Source: Candidatus Bathyarchaeia archaeon (GTDB lineage Archaea; Thermoproteota; Bathyarchaeia; Bathyarchaeales; Bathycorpusculaceae). From it: DNA of 64,000 nt. The notes under the pieces are model-generated. The model did no database searches, had not been told where the DNA came from, and saw only the letters and a list, made by a program, of their open reading frames with translations. Both the position numbers and the translations under genes were made by a program. The DNA is taken from NCBI GenBank assembly GCA_050015395.1, contig JBEKBM010000001.1, positions 96,001 to 160,000 on the forward strand. The letters run 5' to 3'. Shown here piece by piece: positions 49,918 to 60,419 of this stretch (positions are counted from its first letter, which is position 1; the number at the start of each line of letters is the position of its first letter).

Positions 49918-50295
49918 ATGAAGGCACCTGTATTTAGTGAGAAAGCGCCAAAACCGGTAGGTCCATACAGTCAAGCGGTGAAAGCAGGCAAATTCCTATT
50001 TGTCTCAGGGCAACTTGCAATTGATCCAAATGAAGACAAAATCGTTGCCAAAACCGTGACGCTGCAGACAAGACAGGTTATGGAGAACATAAAAGCCATC
50101 TTGGAAGCTGCAGGTTATGGTCTGAAAGATATTGTTCTTTCCAATGTGTATCTTTCTTCGATGGCCTTATTTGACGAGTTCAACAATGAATATGCTAAGT
50201 ACTTTGATGGAGAATTTCCTGCTCGCGCCACAGTCGGTGTAGAATTAAAGGCAGATGCGCTTGTTGAGGTTTCAGTTGTTGCTTACAAAGACTAA
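49918..50295 (+). CDS. ridA: RidA/YjgF family enamine deaminase
   Basis: Motifs [17 protein letters not shown] and FPARA. Confidence 0.92.
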   Translation: MKAPVFSEKAPKPVGPYSQAVKAGKFLFVSGQLAIDPNEDKIVAKTVTLQTRQVMENIKAILEAAGYGLKDIVLSNVYLSSMALFDEFNNEYAKYFDGEFPARATVGVELKADALVEVSVVAYKD

Positions 50296-50360
50296 TCTGC
50301 ATCAATCTTTTTGGCAAATTATAAAAGCCTAACCAACGCTTAGTTAGAGCAGGGCAAAAT

Positions 50361-50987
50361 ATGGCTACATCGCTGAAAAAGTTGATACAAGAAATCGCTG
50401 GAAAAAAAGCTTCAGGACCATCAACCACCTTCACCGTATTCCATATTTTCTACGCTTTAGAGCTTATGGCGCAGAAACCTCTTGGCAGAAACAAACTGGC
50501 TAAGAAACTCAATGTTGGTGACGGAGCAGTACGCACAATAATAAGCAGACTTAGAAATGCCGGTTTAATTGAAACGTCCAAAGAAGGCTGCAGTTTAACA
50601 AAAAAAGGCTTAGACGTTTGGGGGCAATTTGAACAAGTTTTTCCTAAACGGGTCGAAATTCCAAAATCAGAATTGAATGGATCCGAATTTAATTTTGCTT
50701 TTTTGGTGAAAAACAGCGGGCAAAAAGTGGGGTCGGGGATTGATCAGAGGGATGCATCCATCATTGCTGGTGCACGTAAAGCTTTAGTTATTGTTTTCAA
50801 AGATGGCCATTTGCGTATTGAATCAGTCAGTAACTCTATAGAGAAGGATTATCCGAAGGCAGCGACCCAAATTCTTAAGGAATTAACGCCTGAAGATAAT
50901 GATGTTATTATTGTCGCTGGTTCTGATTCAGCTTTGAGGGCTAAGCGTGGAGCCTTTGCAGCAAGCTGGTCACTGATTAGCGCTTAA
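50361..50987 (+). CDS. Archaeal wHTH protein (DUF4443-like)
   Basis: LGRNKLAKKLNVGDGAVRTII HTH and GIDQRDA motif. Confidence 0.75.
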   Translation: MATSLKKLIQEIAGKKASGPSTTFTVFHIFYALELMAQKPLGRNKLAKKLNVGDGAVRTIISRLRNAGLIETSKEGCSLTKKGLDVWGQFEQVFPKRVEIPKSELNGSEFNFAFLVKNSGQKVGSGIDQRDASIIAGARKALVIVFKDGHLRIESVSNSIEKDYPKAATQILKELTPEDNDVIIVAGSDSALRAKRGAFAASWSLISA

Positions 50988-50990
50988 GCT

Positions 50991-51752
50991 TTAGGTTGTG
51001 TATTTTTCTCCTTCGTTTAAGATTCGTTCAAGTGTTGTGTTAATGTTAGTCATGCCTTCGTTTGTTTTGGAGGAAAGGGGCATCAACAAAAATTTTAAGC
51101 CAAGCTTGTTGATGGCTTGCATCATGTTGCGGCTGAAGAGGCGTTTTGTGCCTTCAAGTTTCTCTTCAATCGCGTCCTCCAGTGCTCTAGTGTTCGCTGA
51201 CCAAGTGACAATTGCCTGTGCATCCTTTTTTGGTATTAAATCAGTTTTTGAGAGAACATGCAACTGCGGCTGAAAGAACCTGTTGTAAACTGCGGCTGAA
51301 AGAAACATGTTTGAAACGTAGTTAAGCGGGTTGATTGAGAAAACGGCGTCAAAGAGGTAAATTAACGCTTTAGGCTCCTTTGTTAACTCATCAACTATGT
51401 ATGGTCCACTTGCTCTGAAAGCAAACAGCTCCATCTGCCCAGGAGTATCCACTAAGACGATGTCAGCGTGGGCTTCTTCGATGTCGCGGGTTAAATTTTC
51501 AATTTCATCAGCGATTAAATCAGCCGCCATAATCAATGCACCGTTAGGTCCTAAACCATATTTTTCCATTAAATCGCCAACATCCACATAGTTGCGCACG
51601 TCAACATCCGGCGAATAAGGAAGTTTCAATGCACCAGGATCTAAATTGACAACGGCAACATCTTGCTTTGACATTTTTAGCCATTCACTGAAGGCTGCAG
51701 TGAAAAGGGATTTACCAGAACCAGCAGTTCCAATAATAAACGCGAGGGGCAC
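50991..51752 (-). CDS. GPN-loop GTPase
   Basis: Motifs GTAGSGKS, NLDPG, GLGPNG and DTPGQME. Confidence 0.93.
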   Translation of the reverse strand: MPLAFIIGTAGSGKSLFTAAFSEWLKMSKQDVAVVNLDPGALKLPYSPDVDVRNYVDVGDLMEKYGLGPNGALIMAADLIADEIENLTRDIEEAHADIVLVDTPGQMELFAFRASGPYIVDELTKEPKALIYLFDAVFSINPLNYVSNMFLSAAVYNRFFQPQLHVLSKTDLIPKKDAQAIVTWSANTRALEDAIEEKLEGTKRLFSRNMMQAINKLGLKFLLMPLSSKTNEGMTNINTTLERILNEGEKYTT

Positions 51753-52038
51753 CTTTTTTTCTCTCCGCTTACGAGTGAATTACTCTAAAAGTAATAACCT
51801 TTCTGCTTATTATCAGTGGTTCTACAACTACGAAATAGTCTTCTGCCCCGTCTGCGGATTAGACCATCAAGTTATCAAGAAAACAACCACGTTATAGTCA
51901 AATCTATCCAGTGTACATAAATCAAACACACAATCATCATTCTTTTGTCCTTTAAATCTCCAAGCATATCTCTAAAAATTAAACTGAGAATGGTGACATA
52001 GCACAAGTTTTTAACTGCCAAAAGCTTCCTTAGATTTT

Positions 52039-52575
52039 ATGAAAGAACTGGAAGTCAAAATTTTAGAAGTCAACAGAATAAAGATTGAGGAAACCCTCAC
52101 CAGCTTGGGCGCCAAAAAGGTTTTCGACGGCGACATTCAAACCTTGTTTTTTGACTTCAAAGATGGCACAATAATTAAAGCAAAAAACGTGTTACGCTTA
52201 AGGAAAGAACGAGATAAGACCGAATTAACATACAAAAAAGTTCACGTTACCCAAACAGCCAAACTGGCGGAAGAATATTCCGTTGAAGTTTCAAACTTGG
52301 AAGCAATGAAGAAAATCTTGGAAAACATAGGTCTATCCATAACCGAAAGTATGCAGAAACACAGAGTCAGTTATACGCTCGACCACGCACGCTTTGACAT
52401 CGACCGCTATGCTGGCAACTATGGATATATTCCTGAGTTTCTAGAAATAGAAGCTGAAAACATTGATTTAATCCACAAGTACGCTGCTCTTTTGGGTTTC
52501 AAAGCCAAAGATTGCTTGCCATGGTCAACTAACGAAGTGATCCAGCATTATTCTTTCAAAAAAGCTAAAGCGTAA
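52039..52575 (+). CDS. CYTH domain protein (CyaB-like / triphosphate tunnel metalloenzyme)
   Basis: Motifs ELEVK, LRLR, LTYK, KHR and FLEIE. Confidence 0.9.
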   Translation: MKELEVKILEVNRIKIEETLTSLGAKKVFDGDIQTLFFDFKDGTIIKAKNVLRLRKERDKTELTYKKVHVTQTAKLAEEYSVEVSNLEAMKKILENIGLSITESMQKHRVSYTLDHARFDIDRYAGNYGYIPEFLEIEAENIDLIHKYAALLGFKAKDCLPWSTNEVIQHYSFKKAKA

Positions 52576-52587
52576 GTTCGCGCTGTC

Positions 52588-53058
52588 CTACGGCGCAGAC
52601 TTGACAGGTTGTTTACGAGCGGGACGAGATTTGGCAACTTTTGGGGCAACTTTCGACGTTGATTGAGAATTTACGGAGGTCTTCTTCGAGAAGTTCCACG
52701 CAGGGTATTCGCCATGTTCTTTCTTAAAGCTTTCCAGAAGCCCTTCTTGCGCTGCCTTCGGATTGTCACTTAACATCCAGCTGACCGCGACTTTTTCAAT
52801 ATAACCGTCGTCAAGCAGCCTTGAACTGATTTTCTTAGTGGCTTTTCCGCCGTATCCAGCTAAGTATCCTCCAAAGATTCTTCTAGTTGGTTTCTTTGAT
52901 CTACCAATGTACAAAATATCGGAGGTGGGTTTTCCAGCAAGTGTGCTGTCAACTAAGACCAGAACGCTGGCCTTATTGAAAGGGAGACTGGAAAAGGGAA
53001 GCCCTTTTAAGGGAACGAAATCGGCAAAGCCGTTTTCTTTAAGAGTTAAAGAATTCAT
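52588..53058 (-). CDS. Hypothetical protein with a GIY-YIG-like segment and a basic tail
   Basis: ILYIGRS...RRI and EHGEYPAWN, followed by a K/P/A-rich C-terminus. Confidence 0.6.
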   Translation of the reverse strand: MNSLTLKENGFADFVPLKGLPFSSLPFNKASVLVLVDSTLAGKPTSDILYIGRSKKPTRRIFGGYLAGYGGKATKKISSRLLDDGYIEKVAVSWMLSDNPKAAQEGLLESFKKEHGEYPAWNFSKKTSVNSQSTSKVAPKVAKSRPARKQPVKSAP

Positions 53059-53403
53059 GCGTTTTAGTAATCTGACGCGGGATTTAACCTTTCCTATATA
53101 GCCTATTTAGGACTATAGATTCTATTTTCGGAGTCCTTATTGACAACTTCCTTTCAATTGAAATATAGGTAACGCCAGATGGACAAAAAAATTCCCCTCT
53201 TCGAATATGAGACGTTTACAGTTCGCAAAGCGAAATGCGTCGAATCTCACGATTTGCCAAGGAAGCGCGACCGCTGAAGCTAAATATCTCAGCTATGAAT
53301 GATTTATTTTTTAACAGATTGCTTGATAAGTCACGAATCCCTTTTTTAGCCCAAGGTAGTTAAACCACCCCAAAACAAATGAAAATCTATAAGGTAAAAG
53401 CTC

Positions 53404-55545
53404 TTGTCAGCTCCAAATACCCTTGATTCAGAAGCAAACAATGCCTTAAGCCAGAAAAAACTACTAGATAACCCAAGCTATTTCCTCAACAGGGAACTCA
53501 GCTGGATAAGATTTAACGCACGCGTCCTTGAGGAAGCACGAGACCTGTGGCATCCCCTGCTGGAAAGGGTTAAATTCATCGCCATCTGCGGCAGCAACCT
53601 AGACGAGTTCTTCATGACACGAATTCCTCGACTTATGAAAAAAATCAAAACTGGGACTGACGAGAAATCCATGGATGGAATGACCCCCATCGAACAAGTC
53701 GAAGCCACACGGAAGGAAATAATCCCACTTATCGAAAACCACGCAAATTGCTGGAGAGAGGAACTTCTCCCTGCCCTCGCAAAAGAAGACATAGTCATCG
53801 AAAAGTTCAACGACTTATCCCAAAAAAGTAAGGAAAGTTTGCGTGAACTCTTCAAGAAATCGATTCTTCCAGCGATGGAAATTCCTAAAGAAGGATTAAA
53901 CAGCGCCGCAATCGAGAATCTGCACATAAACCTCTTCGTTTCAGGCTTTGGTAAACAAGATTTTTGCTACGTGGTTGATATTCCCACCGAAAAGTTTGGG
54001 AGACTAATAAAGATTCCAAGAAGTAGATATATTCAAGAAACAGACAAAGAAATAGAAAGCATAGAATACGGCTTCGTTTTTTTGGAAGATTTAATCTTGA
54101 ATAATCTTGATCTAATTTTCCCAAACGAAAAAACGCTGAAAGCATATCCATTCAGGCTGACACGCAACGGAGAAATAGATATTCTGATGGATGAGTCCTC
54201 AGACTTCCTCAATTCCGTAAAGAAAAGCCTTTCCAGCAGAAGAGTTGGGTTTCCCAGCAGACTCGAATTTGATAAAAAAACGCCTTTACTCATTAGAGAA
54301 GCAATAGCCACGGCATTAGGCTTGCCAGGCTATTTAATCTACGAGTTTGACGGACCACTTGGGCTCGTTGACCTCTGGCAACTGCTTAAAATAAACCGTC
54401 CAAGCCTCAAAGACAAAACCTTCTTTCCAGCCATCTCGCCTCTGTTGACCTCTGGAAAGAACATATTTGAAACAATCGCCGAACGTGACTTCGTCCTCTA
54501 TCACCCCTATGACGGCTTTGAAGTAATCATCGATCTGCTAAGAGAAGCATCTCAGGATAGCAATGTTTTGGACATCTGCATAACAATGTACCGGATGGAC
54601 CATAAATCGCCAGTCGTTGATACATTGATAGAGGCCGCCAAGAATGGTAAAAAAGTAACCGCGATAGTTGAACTGAAAGCCAAATTTGATGAAGAAAACA
54701 ATATCCTTCTGGTTTCAAAACTTATGGAGGGCGGCGTAAATACAGTTTACAATTTTCCCAAGTTAAAAGTTCATGCAAAACTATGCCTAGTAGTTAGAAA
54801 AGAAAAAACTGGTCTCGTGAGATACTCGCATATTGGCTCAGGTAACTATAATGCCGTGACAGCAAAAATTTACGGCGATATAGGTTACATTACTGCAAAA
54901 CCCGAAGTGGGACTGGAACTGGAAGAGCTGTTCAACTTGTTAATAAATGGGCTTCAAGAAAAAGAATTCAAGCATCTACTTGTTGCACCTAAAACGCTGA
55001 AGAGCGAAATTCTCAGGCGAATAGATAGGGAAATAAGGTTTCACCAAAAAACAGGCAAAGGCTACTTAGCTTTTAAACTCAACAATCTAGAGGAAAAAGA
55101 GATTATTCAAGCCCTATACAAGGCATCCATGGCCGGAATCAAGATTGACCTAAACGTCAGAGGCTTGTGCTGCTTAAGACCAGGAATAAAAGGAATAAGC
55201 GACAACATTTCAGTCATATCCATAGTTGGACGCTTCCTTGAACACGCCCGAATTTATTACTTCCGTGATGATACTGAAGAGGAAGTACTTATTGGCAGCC
55301 CAGACATGATGTTCAGAAACCTCAACGAAAGAATTGAAGTTCTCTTATCAGTGCCTGACCCACACCTGCGCCACGCTATCCTTGAATACATGCTTAAAAT
55401 CCACCTTCACGACAACGTTAAAGCAAGAAGATTACTGCCCGATGGGACATACGAGAGAGTAACACCTAAAGAAGGCGAAAAAGTCATCAACTCTCAAGCG
55501 TGGCTTATTCAGAACAGAGGCATTTGGAATGAACGCTCCAATTAA
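53404..55545 (+). CDS. ppk1: Polyphosphate kinase 1
   Basis: Motifs NRELSWIRFNARVL, SNLDEFFM, YHPY, KVHAK, GSGNYN and GRFLEHARI. Confidence 0.96.
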   Translation: MSAPNTLDSEANNALSQKKLLDNPSYFLNRELSWIRFNARVLEEARDLWHPLLERVKFIAICGSNLDEFFMTRIPRLMKKIKTGTDEKSMDGMTPIEQVEATRKEIIPLIENHANCWREELLPALAKEDIVIEKFNDLSQKSKESLRELFKKSILPAMEIPKEGLNSAAIENLHINLFVSGFGKQDFCYVVDIPTEKFGRLIKIPRSRYIQETDKEIESIEYGFVFLEDLILNNLDLIFPNEKTLKAYPFRLTRNGEIDILMDESSDFLNSVKKSLSSRRVGFPSRLEFDKKTPLLIREAIATALGLPGYLIYEFDGPLGLVDLWQLLKINRPSLKDKTFFPAISPLLTSGKNIFETIAERDFVLYHPYDGFEVIIDLLREASQDSNVLDICITMYRMDHKSPVVDTLIEAAKNGKKVTAIVELKAKFDEENNILLVSKLMEGGVNTVYNFPKLKVHAKLCLVVRKEKTGLVRYSHIGSGNYNAVTAKIYGDIGYITAKPEVGLELEELFNLLINGLQEKEFKHLLVAPKTLKSEILRRIDREIRFHQKTGKGYLAFKLNNLEEKEIIQALYKASMAGIKIDLNVRGLCCLRPGIKGISDNISVISIVGRFLEHARIYYFRDDTEEEVLIGSPDMMFRNLNERIEVLLSVPDPHLRHAILEYMLKIHLHDNVKARRLLPDGTYERVTPKEGEKVINSQAWLIQNRGIWNERSN

Positions 55546-57868
55546 GTCTCAAACATGCCAAAGCGACACAAGCTACTGCAACTTCGGCTCTGAAACGCTC
55601 CTGAAACTCCTTGAAGATTTCGAAGACCAAATCGATGGCGTAATGAAAAACAACGATGACATCGAATATGTTCATAAAATGCGCGTTACCTCCCGAAGAA
55701 TCAGAACTGCGCTATCTCTTTTCAGATTTTGCTTCCCTGGAAAAGAATTCAAAAAATGGTCACGCCAAATTAAGAAAATCACACGTCTCCTAGCCGAAGC
55801 AAGAGACCTTGACGTGCAAATAGCTTTCATAGAACAGTACGTGAAAAAACTGGATTCAACCGCGAAAAAGACAGACATGGACTTACTGCTTAAGCATCAT
55901 AAAGACCGCAGAAACAGCATTCAATCGTCCGTTGTCAGCGGATTGGAAAAGCTAAAGGCAACCGGCATTTTGGATGATATTCGCAAGTTTTGCGAACAAG
56001 CCACTAAGGAACATTCAAAAACGACTTTTGATTCCTCACAGGTACTAGAAAAAGCCCACTGGTACATATCCTTTAGACTAGACGATTTCCTGGCGATGGA
56101 AGACTGCGTTTACTTGGAAAATGAAATCCTAAAGCATCATGAGATGAGAATCTATGCGAAGAAACTCCGCTATACCATGGAAGCCTTTGCACCGCTGTAC
56201 AAAAATAAACTCGTTAAAGAAATAGAAACAATGAAAACTTTTCAAGATGTACTGGGTGAAATGCATGACTGCGATGTCTGGATAGAGTACATACCTAAAT
56301 TCATAGAAGAAACAAAAGCTAAAATCAAATCCCAAGAAAAGAAAAAAGCAGACACCGCAAAAGTACAGCAGGCACTTTTGAACTTCTCAACTTACGTGAA
56401 AGAAAAAAGAAAAAACCATTACAAACAATTTGTTCAGCTTTGGAACGAAAACAAAAAGAAAGGTTTTTTTGTTAAACTTAGGAAGACAACCAACGCTGGA
56501 TCAATCATAACTGAGGAAAAAACAAAACAAGTGCTTGCATATCCCGACGTTAAAATTGCTGTTCTGTCGGATGTCCATGCTAATTTGCAAGCTTTGCAAA
56601 AAGTAATTCAAGACGCCGAAGGACGGGGTGTAAAAATTTTTCTGAATGCAGGTGACTCCATAGGTTTTGGTCCTTACCCAAACGAAGTCATAGAAATGCT
56701 CTGCGAAAAAAACGTGCTAAGCATCTTAGGTAACTATGATTTGGAGGTTATTGAGGGCAAAGCCAAAGCTAAAGGCGAAAAAAAACTTGCTTTGGAATTT
56801 GCCAGGAAAGAGTTGGCAAAGTCATGCGAATGTTATCTTTATTCCTTACCTCGTGAACTTAGGCTTGAGGCAGCAGGCAAAAAACTGTTTGTAACACATG
56901 GGAGTCCCCAGTCGATTGAAGAGCACATTTACCATGACACACCGGTTGAGAGGCTGAAAACCCTTGCTGATGCCTCCAAGGCTGATGTGATAATTGTGGG
57001 GCATTCTCATGATCAATTCTGTAGACAGACAAACGGGTTCTGTTTCGTCAACCCTGGAAGTGTGGGAAGGCCTGACGACGGAAACCCTCAGACTGCTTAT
57101 GTAATCTTGAGCTTTAACCCCTTCAATGTTGAGTTGATCAGGTTAGACTACGATGTCACCGCTGCTGTAGACGCTCTTAGAAAAAAGGCGCTGCCTGAAA
57201 GTTTCGCTCAGATGCTACTTCGCGGCGTATCTCTCGAAACAATCATCGAAGAGGATCACACCAAAGAAGATTGCATGGTTCAAAACTGCAAAGAAATCGC
57301 AGAAGCGTCTCAGAAGATTTCGAAAACCTACTGGCAAGATACTGAACATTACACGCAGGTTACCAGACTTGCTTTAGAGTTCTTTGACGGCTTAATCAAT
57401 GTGCATCAGCTGGACAAGCGGGAACGATGCTGGCTTGAATGCGCCGCAATTCTGCATGATGTAGGCTTGTCAAAAACTAGAGGCGGTCACCACAAAGAAT
57501 CAGCCAAGCTCATCCTCAACGACACGAATCTTCCATTCACCTCCCAGGAAAGACGGATAGTAGCAAGCATAGCCCGATACCACCGCAAAGGTTTGCCCAA
57601 ACAGAAACATTACAACCTTGCGACGTTGGACCGCGTAACCGTCCACAAAGTAAAGATTCTGGCCAGTATTCTCCGTGCGGCAGATGGCTTAGACTACACT
57701 CACCAGTCAATCGTAAAAAGTTTAAAAATCAAAGTGGGCACGCAAAGAATAATTGCTGAATGCGTATCCGAAACTGAATCGACACTGGAAGAGCAGGCTT
57801 TTAATAAGAAGAAGGATTTGTTTGAAAAGGTCTTCGCTAGAAAATTGGTGCTGGTATGGAAGCGATAG
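55529..57868 (+). CDS. CHAD + calcineurin-like metallophosphoesterase + HD domain fusion
   Basis: CHAD: VHKMRVTSRR, HEMRIYAKKLRY, QDVLGEMHD. Phosphoesterase: SDVHAN, AGD, GNYD, HGSP, GHSH, NPGSVG. HD: ILHDVG, IARYHR. Confidence 0.88.
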   Translation: MNAPIKSQTCQSDTSYCNFGSETLLKLLEDFEDQIDGVMKNNDDIEYVHKMRVTSRRIRTALSLFRFCFPGKEFKKWSRQIKKITRLLAEARDLDVQIAFIEQYVKKLDSTAKKTDMDLLLKHHKDRRNSIQSSVVSGLEKLKATGILDDIRKFCEQATKEHSKTTFDSSQVLEKAHWYISFRLDDFLAMEDCVYLENEILKHHEMRIYAKKLRYTMEAFAPLYKNKLVKEIETMKTFQDVLGEMHDCDVWIEYIPKFIEETKAKIKSQEKKKADTAKVQQALLNFSTYVKEKRKNHYKQFVQLWNENKKKGFFVKLRKTTNAGSIITEEKTKQVLAYPDVKIAVLSDVHANLQALQKVIQDAEGRGVKIFLNAGDSIGFGPYPNEVIEMLCEKNVLSILGNYDLEVIEGKAKAKGEKKLALEFARKELAKSCECYLYSLPRELRLEAAGKKLFVTHGSPQSIEEHIYHDTPVERLKTLADASKADVIIVGHSHDQFCRQTNGFCFVNPGSVGRPDDGNPQTAYVILSFNPFNVELIRLDYDVTAAVDALRKKALPESFAQMLLRGVSLETIIEEDHTKEDCMVQNCKEIAEASQKISKTYWQDTEHYTQVTRLALEFFDGLINVHQLDKRERCWLECAAILHDVGLSKTRGGHHKESAKLILNDTNLPFTSQERRIVASIARYHRKGLPKQKHYNLATLDRVTVHKVKILASILRAADGLDYTHQSIVKSLKIKVGTQRIIAECVSETESTLEEQAFNKKKDLFEKVFARKLVLVWKR

Positions 57869-59436
57869 TGAAAACTGCTGGGCATGTAGTTGGGTTTGTC
57901 GACATCGGGACAAACGCAATGCGTCTTTTAGTGGTAAGGATAAACCCCAATTTCTCTTACACCATAATCAGCCAAGAAAAAGAAGTTATCAGACTTGGCG
58001 AACAAGAATTCAAAGACAACATTCTAAGACCAGAAGCCATGGAACGCGCCATTTTTGTCTGCGGAAAATTCTCTGAGCTCGCCAAAACTTACGGCGCCAC
58101 TGAAATAATAGCCGTCGGAACCTCTGCCATTCGAGAAGCGCTAAACCAATCCGATTTCCTTCAAAAACTTCTCAGCGAAACAGGACTCAAGGTGCACGTG
58201 ATTTCGGGACAAGACGAAGCCCGCCTGATTTGGTTGGGCGTTTCAAGTGGAATAGATATCGGCGAAGAAAAGGCTATTTTCATAGATTTAGGCGGTGGCA
58301 GCACCGAAATTGCCATCGGAAACCAGCACGAATGCTTTTATGTGAACAGTCTTAAGTTAGGGGCAATTAGGCTAACAACTCAATTCATCGGCGAAGGCTG
58401 GACTGGACTCATAGGAAGCAACACCTATAAGGAGATAAAAAATTACGCTTGCAGCAAGGTTCACGTGGTTAAAGCGACAGTACTCGAGTACGGCGTCAGG
58501 CTCGCGTGGGGTTCATCAGGGACAATCATAAACTTGGCAGAAATCGCGAACAAACTTTTCAAGAAAAACGGCAATGGAGGCGTTCTCACTCTATCAAGGA
58601 AGAACCTGAAAAAGTTGGCGCAGATTCTTTGCTCTCTTTCGCTCGAAGAAAGAAAAAAGCTGCCTGCTATTAATCCTGACCGAGCCGACATCATAATTGC
58701 TGGAGCAGCCATAATTGAGGCGGTCATGGAAGAGTTCGGTTTGGAAGAAATCTGCATTAGTCACAGAGAACTGCGGGATGGTCTGCTTGTTGAATATTTG
58801 TCGAATTTTGAGGGTTTTCGAGAACTACAAAAGACGCCGATGAGGAATAGGAGCGTTTTGCACTTAGGTAGATCTTGCAACTTCGATGAGAAACATTCGG
58901 AAACTGTGGCTTCTTTGGCGTTGCAGCTTTTTGATAGCGCAAAACAAATTGGGCTACACAATTTGGGTGAGACAGAGAAGGAACTATTGAAGCATGCTGC
59001 AACGTTGCATGATGTCGGCGATTTTCTTTCGTTTAATGGCCATCAGCTTCATTCCCACTATATCATTAGCAACGCTGAACTTCTGGGTTTTGACCAGAAA
59101 GAAACCCAAATAATGGCTAACATAGCACGTTTTCACAGGAAAAAGTTACCTTCCAAAAAAGCACTGAAAATCACAGGATTGGACGAAAAAACGAATGACG
59201 CCATTGCCATTCTTTCCACGTTTCTCCGATTCGCCGAGAAACTCGACCGAAGCCACTGTGGACTTGTAAAGAAAGCAGAATTTGTCAAAGTTAATAAAGA
59301 CCAAGTGCTGCTCTCGTTTTATTCAGACTCAGACTGCAGTTTTGAAGAATGGAGTATCATCCAGAATCAGCAGGCGTTCTATGAAGCGTTCGAAAAACAG
59401 CTGGATGTTCACTGCATAGTTACGCCAAGCACGTAA
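57856..59436 (+). CDS. ppx: Exopolyphosphatase Ppx/GppA with a C-terminal HD domain
   Basis: Motifs VDIGTNA, TSAIREA, EARL, DLGGGSTE, RADII, LRDG and LHDVG. Confidence 0.93.
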   Translation: MEAIVKTAGHVVGFVDIGTNAMRLLVVRINPNFSYTIISQEKEVIRLGEQEFKDNILRPEAMERAIFVCGKFSELAKTYGATEIIAVGTSAIREALNQSDFLQKLLSETGLKVHVISGQDEARLIWLGVSSGIDIGEEKAIFIDLGGGSTEIAIGNQHECFYVNSLKLGAIRLTTQFIGEGWTGLIGSNTYKEIKNYACSKVHVVKATVLEYGVRLAWGSSGTIINLAEIANKLFKKNGNGGVLTLSRKNLKKLAQILCSLSLEERKKLPAINPDRADIIIAGAAIIEAVMEEFGLEEICISHRELRDGLLVEYLSNFEGFRELQKTPMRNRSVLHLGRSCNFDEKHSETVASLALQLFDSAKQIGLHNLGETEKELLKHAATLHDVGDFLSFNGHQLHSHYIISNAELLGFDQKETQIMANIARFHRKKLPSKKALKITGLDEKTNDAIAILSTFLRFAEKLDRSHCGLVKKAEFVKVNKDQVLLSFYSDSDCSFEEWSIIQNQQAFYEAFEKQLDVHCIVTPST

Positions 59437-59516
59437 TCAAGCGCTGAAGCTCTAAACGAGTTTTTTAACCCTGCATTGCAAACAGGATTCCGCTTGGTTT
59501 CCTGCCGGATACACGT

Positions 59517-60419
59517 TTATTCTTTTTCCAGTTCAACCTTTGCCTTTTCCAAAGCTGCATATTGCTCTGGGCTCAGAACAGGATATTTCAAATCCAGCTT
59601 CTTAATTTGGGACACTATAATCTCAGAGATTGATGCATGGGTAACCCATTTCTTATCTGCAGGGATAACATACCAAGGCGCCCATTCAGTACTTGTCTGG
59701 TTAAGCACGTCTTCGTATGCTTCCATATAATCTGCCCATTTTGAGCGTTCTGAAAGATCCGTGAGCGAAAATTTCCAATTTTTATCAGGGTCTTCGAGGC
59801 GTTTAAGCAGACGCTGTTTCTGCCGCTTTTCTGAGACGTTGAGGAAAAATTTCAGCACTATCGTGCCGTTCCGAACTAAGTGCCGTTCAAACATGTTTAT
59901 GTCCTCATACCGTTGATTCCAGAACAGTCTTCCTTCCACCTCCGCAGGCAGCTTCTGCTTTTCCAAAACCTCTGGGCGAACCTTAACTATCAGCACGTCC
60001 TCATAATATGAACGATTGAAAATGCCTATGCTTCCCCTTTCTGGAAGAGCTTTCATGTGACGCCATAGAAAATCGTGATTTAGTTCCTCTTCAGATGGAG
60101 TTTTGAAAGCAGTAACTTGGCAACCCTGAGGGTTAACGCCCGACATTACATGCCGGATTGTACTGTCTTTTCCCGCTGCATCCATCCCTTGGAGAATTAT
60201 CAACATGGAATAAGTGTCGCTTGCCCAAAACAACTCCTGCATTTCAACCAGTTTCTGCCTGTTTTCCTCAAGAATAGCTAATGCCTGTTCTTTTACTGCT
60301 TTTTTGCCCTCTTTTTCTTCCTGTTTCTTAGCCCATTTTGGAATCCAACCTGAATCGTAAGCCTTCAAGCTAGTCTTTTTGCCAGGCGGCACTTTGAAGT
60401 CTTCTGCATCCATTGACAT
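59517..60419 (-). CDS. ppk2: Polyphosphate kinase 2 family, class III-like
   Basis: Motifs QGMDAAGKD, HDFLWR, FNRSYYEDV, KNWKFS and APWYVIPAD. Confidence 0.93.
   Translation of the reverse strand: MSMDAEDFKVPPGKKTSLKAYDSGWIPKWAKKQEEKEGKKAVKEQALAILEENRQKLVEMQELFWASDTYSMLIILQGMDAAGKDSTIRHVMSGVNPQGCQVTAFKTPSEEELNHDFLWRHMKALPERGSIGIFNRSYYEDVLIVKVRPEVLEKQKLPAEVEGRLFWNQRYEDINMFERHLVRNGTIVLKFFLNVSEKRQKQRLLKRLEDPDKNWKFSLTDLSERSKWADYMEAYEDVLNQTSTEWAPWYVIPADKKWVTHASISEIIVSQIKKLDLKYPVLSPEQYAALEKAKVELEKE

Noticed and set aside
37141-49974. Long N-terminal extensions given by the ORF track for 37141, 44602 and 49974
   Set aside because: The extensions run through promoter-like AT-rich DNA or overlap neighbouring genes. 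Family motifs begin at 37327, 44758 and 49755.
51820-51897. LysW-like zinc-ribbon fragment (YEIVFCPVCGLDHQV)
   Set aside because: Only one CxxC, no start codon of its own and no acidic EDWGE tail. Too short to support.
2925-53285. Recurring GTCGC-containing GC-rich patches in intergenic regions
   Set aside because: The shared core is only 5-10 bp and I could not extend the alignments by eye. Needs a motif search before it can be claimed.
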